A program made the translations under genes and the position numbers. A stretch of 64,000 bases of DNA from Octopus bimaculoides (lineage: Eukaryota). Where the stretch lies: NCBI RefSeq assembly GCF_001194135.2, contig NC_068987.1, positions 14,266,679 through 14,330,678 of the forward strand. Direction: 5' to 3'. Under the pieces are notes generated by a model. The model was not told where the DNA came from. It did no database searches and saw only the letters and a list, made by a program, of their open reading frames with translations. Shown piece by piece: positions 62,080 through 64,000 of this stretch (position 1 is its first letter; every line of letters starts with the position of its first letter).

Positions 62080-62311
62080 TATTTCTTTATTGCCAACAAG
62101 GGGCTAAACATAGAGGGGACAAACAAGGAGAGACAAAGGGATTAAGTCGACTACATCGACCCCAGTACATAACTGGTACTTAATTTATCGACCCCGAAAG
62201 GATGAAAGGAAAAGTCGACCTCGGCGGAATTTGAACTCAGAACGTAATGGCAGACGAAATACCGCTAAGCATTTCGCCCGGTGTGCTAACGATTCTGCCA
62301 GCTCGCCGCCT
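62080..62311 (-). mobile_element. SINE family 2, full length
   Basis: Reverse complement starts aggcggcgagctggcagaatcg. Confidence 0.9.
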
Positions 62312-62321
62312 GAGCAATACC

Positions 62322-62516
62322 TTAACCCTTTTGTTACCATATTTCTGTTGATATGCACTATCTTTATTTCAGTTAATTTTTTATATGAATGAATTTAGAA
62401 AATGACCTCTGTCATTTTTGTGCTAGTGTTTCAAGTTTTAATTTAATTCAGTTTAAAACAAGAAGCTTGTCATTGAACTAGTGGGCCCTCAGGTAGGTTG
62501 GTGTCAAAAGTGTTAA
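62322..62516. mobile_element. TTAA MITE family B
   Basis: ttaacccttttgttacc...ggtgtcaaaagtgttaa. Confidence 0.65.
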
Positions 62517-62739
62517 TTGTCTCCTGCTATTTGTGACTGTAGTGAAGATGTAGGACAGTTCAATTCTTGATGATCCATCTCTTAACAGCCTAGGTCTAAA
62601 CAACCTTCTGTTTCTCTGCATGAGTAGACCCAGACTAACTTGTTAGTAACTTAGAGTACATAAACACTAAATTATTAATGACTTAAACCAGTACTTTCTT
62701 GTATTTTTAGTTGTATGTTTAGGCTTAAATGCCACTTGT

Positions 62740-63150
62740 GGACTGGCAGAATTGTTAATGCATTGACAAAATGTCTTGCAATATTTTTTCTGGCTTTAAG
62801 GTGGCTTTTTCTGGCTTTAATGCTTAGCAACATTTCATCTGTCTCCATGTTCTGAGTTCAAATTCCATGGAGGTCGACTTAGCCTTTCATCCTTTTGGTG
62901 CCAATAAGATAAGTACCAGTCTAGTACTGGGGTTTATGCAATCGACTTACCCAGTCCCTGAAAATTGCTGGCCTTGTGCCAAAATTTGAAACCAATATTT
63001 CTGGCTTTTTTGTAGGGTGGCAAGCTGGCAGAATCGTTAGCATGCTTAGTGGTATTCTATCTGTCCTTATGCACCGAGATCAAATTCTGCCAAAGTCGAT
63101 TTTTACCTTTCATTCCTTTCGGGGCTTGATAAAATAAATACCAAGGTGCT
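62740..63150 (+). mobile_element. Two older SINE family 2 copies
   Basis: gagttcaaattcc..gcctttcatccttttgg..aagtaccagt, and a second gctggcagaatcgttagc head at about 63025. Confidence 0.65.
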
Positions 63151-63410
63151 GTACAAAGGGATTGAACCCAAAACTATGCAGTTACAAAGTGAGCTTTTTA
63201 ACTACACAGTCATGCTTGTGCCATGACTTAGCCACAAAAAAAAAAAAAAAAAAAAAAATTCTATTTCTGGGGATCCTCAGTAAACTTTTGCTTTATGTTT
63301 GCAGAATAATTAGAGGGGCTAGGAATCTCTCCATCCCCCACATACTAAAAATACAACAGAAAAAAACCAAAAAATTATTTTCAATATTATTTTTTTTTTC
63401 TTCATTTTAG

Positions 63411-63461
63411 GTATTGATGATAGAATTCATTCCTAAAATTCCCATATTTCGACCGGACTGA
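63411..63461 (+). CDS. CHIC2: CHIC2-like exon 6 with stop
   Basis: cattttag|VLMIEFIPKIPIFRPD*. The six exons sum to 492 nt (163 aa plus stop). Confidence 0.96.
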   Translation, partial: VLMIEFIPKIPIFRPD

Positions 63462-63965
63462 TGGTCATTCTCTGTGGACCTTTCTTTTGTTTTGGGAGCT
63501 GGCATGCTGTACTTGAAGTCTTTCATGGTTACCAATGGGAATTGGGAGGAGGTTAACATTGCTACAACCGAACATGTCCCCTCCCATTGCTGCTGCTGCT
63601 GCTGCTGTTGAGGGCTGTGGAATCCTGGAACTTTATACTATCGGTTAATTTGTCTTACTCGTTGCTGGGTTGACTCTAGTCCTCTCTTCTACCTCTTTCT
63701 CTCTCTCTCTCTCTCTCTTGTATAGCTTTTTGAGTTACTTAAACATAAACAAAATAAACTCGATAAAGTATACACACTCACACACATCAATCCAGAGATA
63801 CATGCCACTTTTCCACTTTCTCATAATTTCCCACTCCCCACCGCACTCTTAGACACGACCACTTTTCCACACTATTCAGTATTCTCACTTTTTCCACACA
63901 CACACACACACACACACACACAGTCATCTGCGTACACTCAGATTTTCTCATGCACACACACATAC

Positions 63966-64000
<35 letters not shown>

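Noticed and set aside
63586-63608. (TGC)n run as coding poly-Ala or poly-Gln
   Set aside because: It lies downstream of the CHIC2 stop with no supporting ORF.

Overview
AT-rich eukaryotic genomic DNA with (TA)n/(CA)n microsatellites and four assembly gaps. The repeat content and C2H2 finger style suggest an octopus (coleoid cephalopod); this is inferred, not searched. The left half holds three tandem, same-strand C2H2 zinc-finger genes, each with a single coding exon (CDS 4109-5869, 21117-22922, 29758-30537). The right half holds a complete six-exon CHIC2-like gene on the + strand (39875-63461, 163 aa, all introns GT-AG). The rest is a dense mosaic of tRNA-derived SINEs, RTE and CR1/Jockey-like LINE remnants, Tc1/mariner fossils and MITEs, TTAA-flanked piggyBac-like MITEs and a decayed Penelope-like ORF. 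The most interesting signals are: (1) minimal type I hammerhead ribozyme motifs in three unrelated elements, one of them a tRNA-headed SINE that occurs three times as a head-to-head inverted dimer; (2) a 33-aa leader of identical length shared by all three ZNFs, plus a five-finger module conserved between ZNF-A and ZNF-B; (3) several long fold-back structures in CHIC2 introns. Coding exons, hammerhead motifs and inverted repeats were indexed by hand; other repeat boundaries are approximate.
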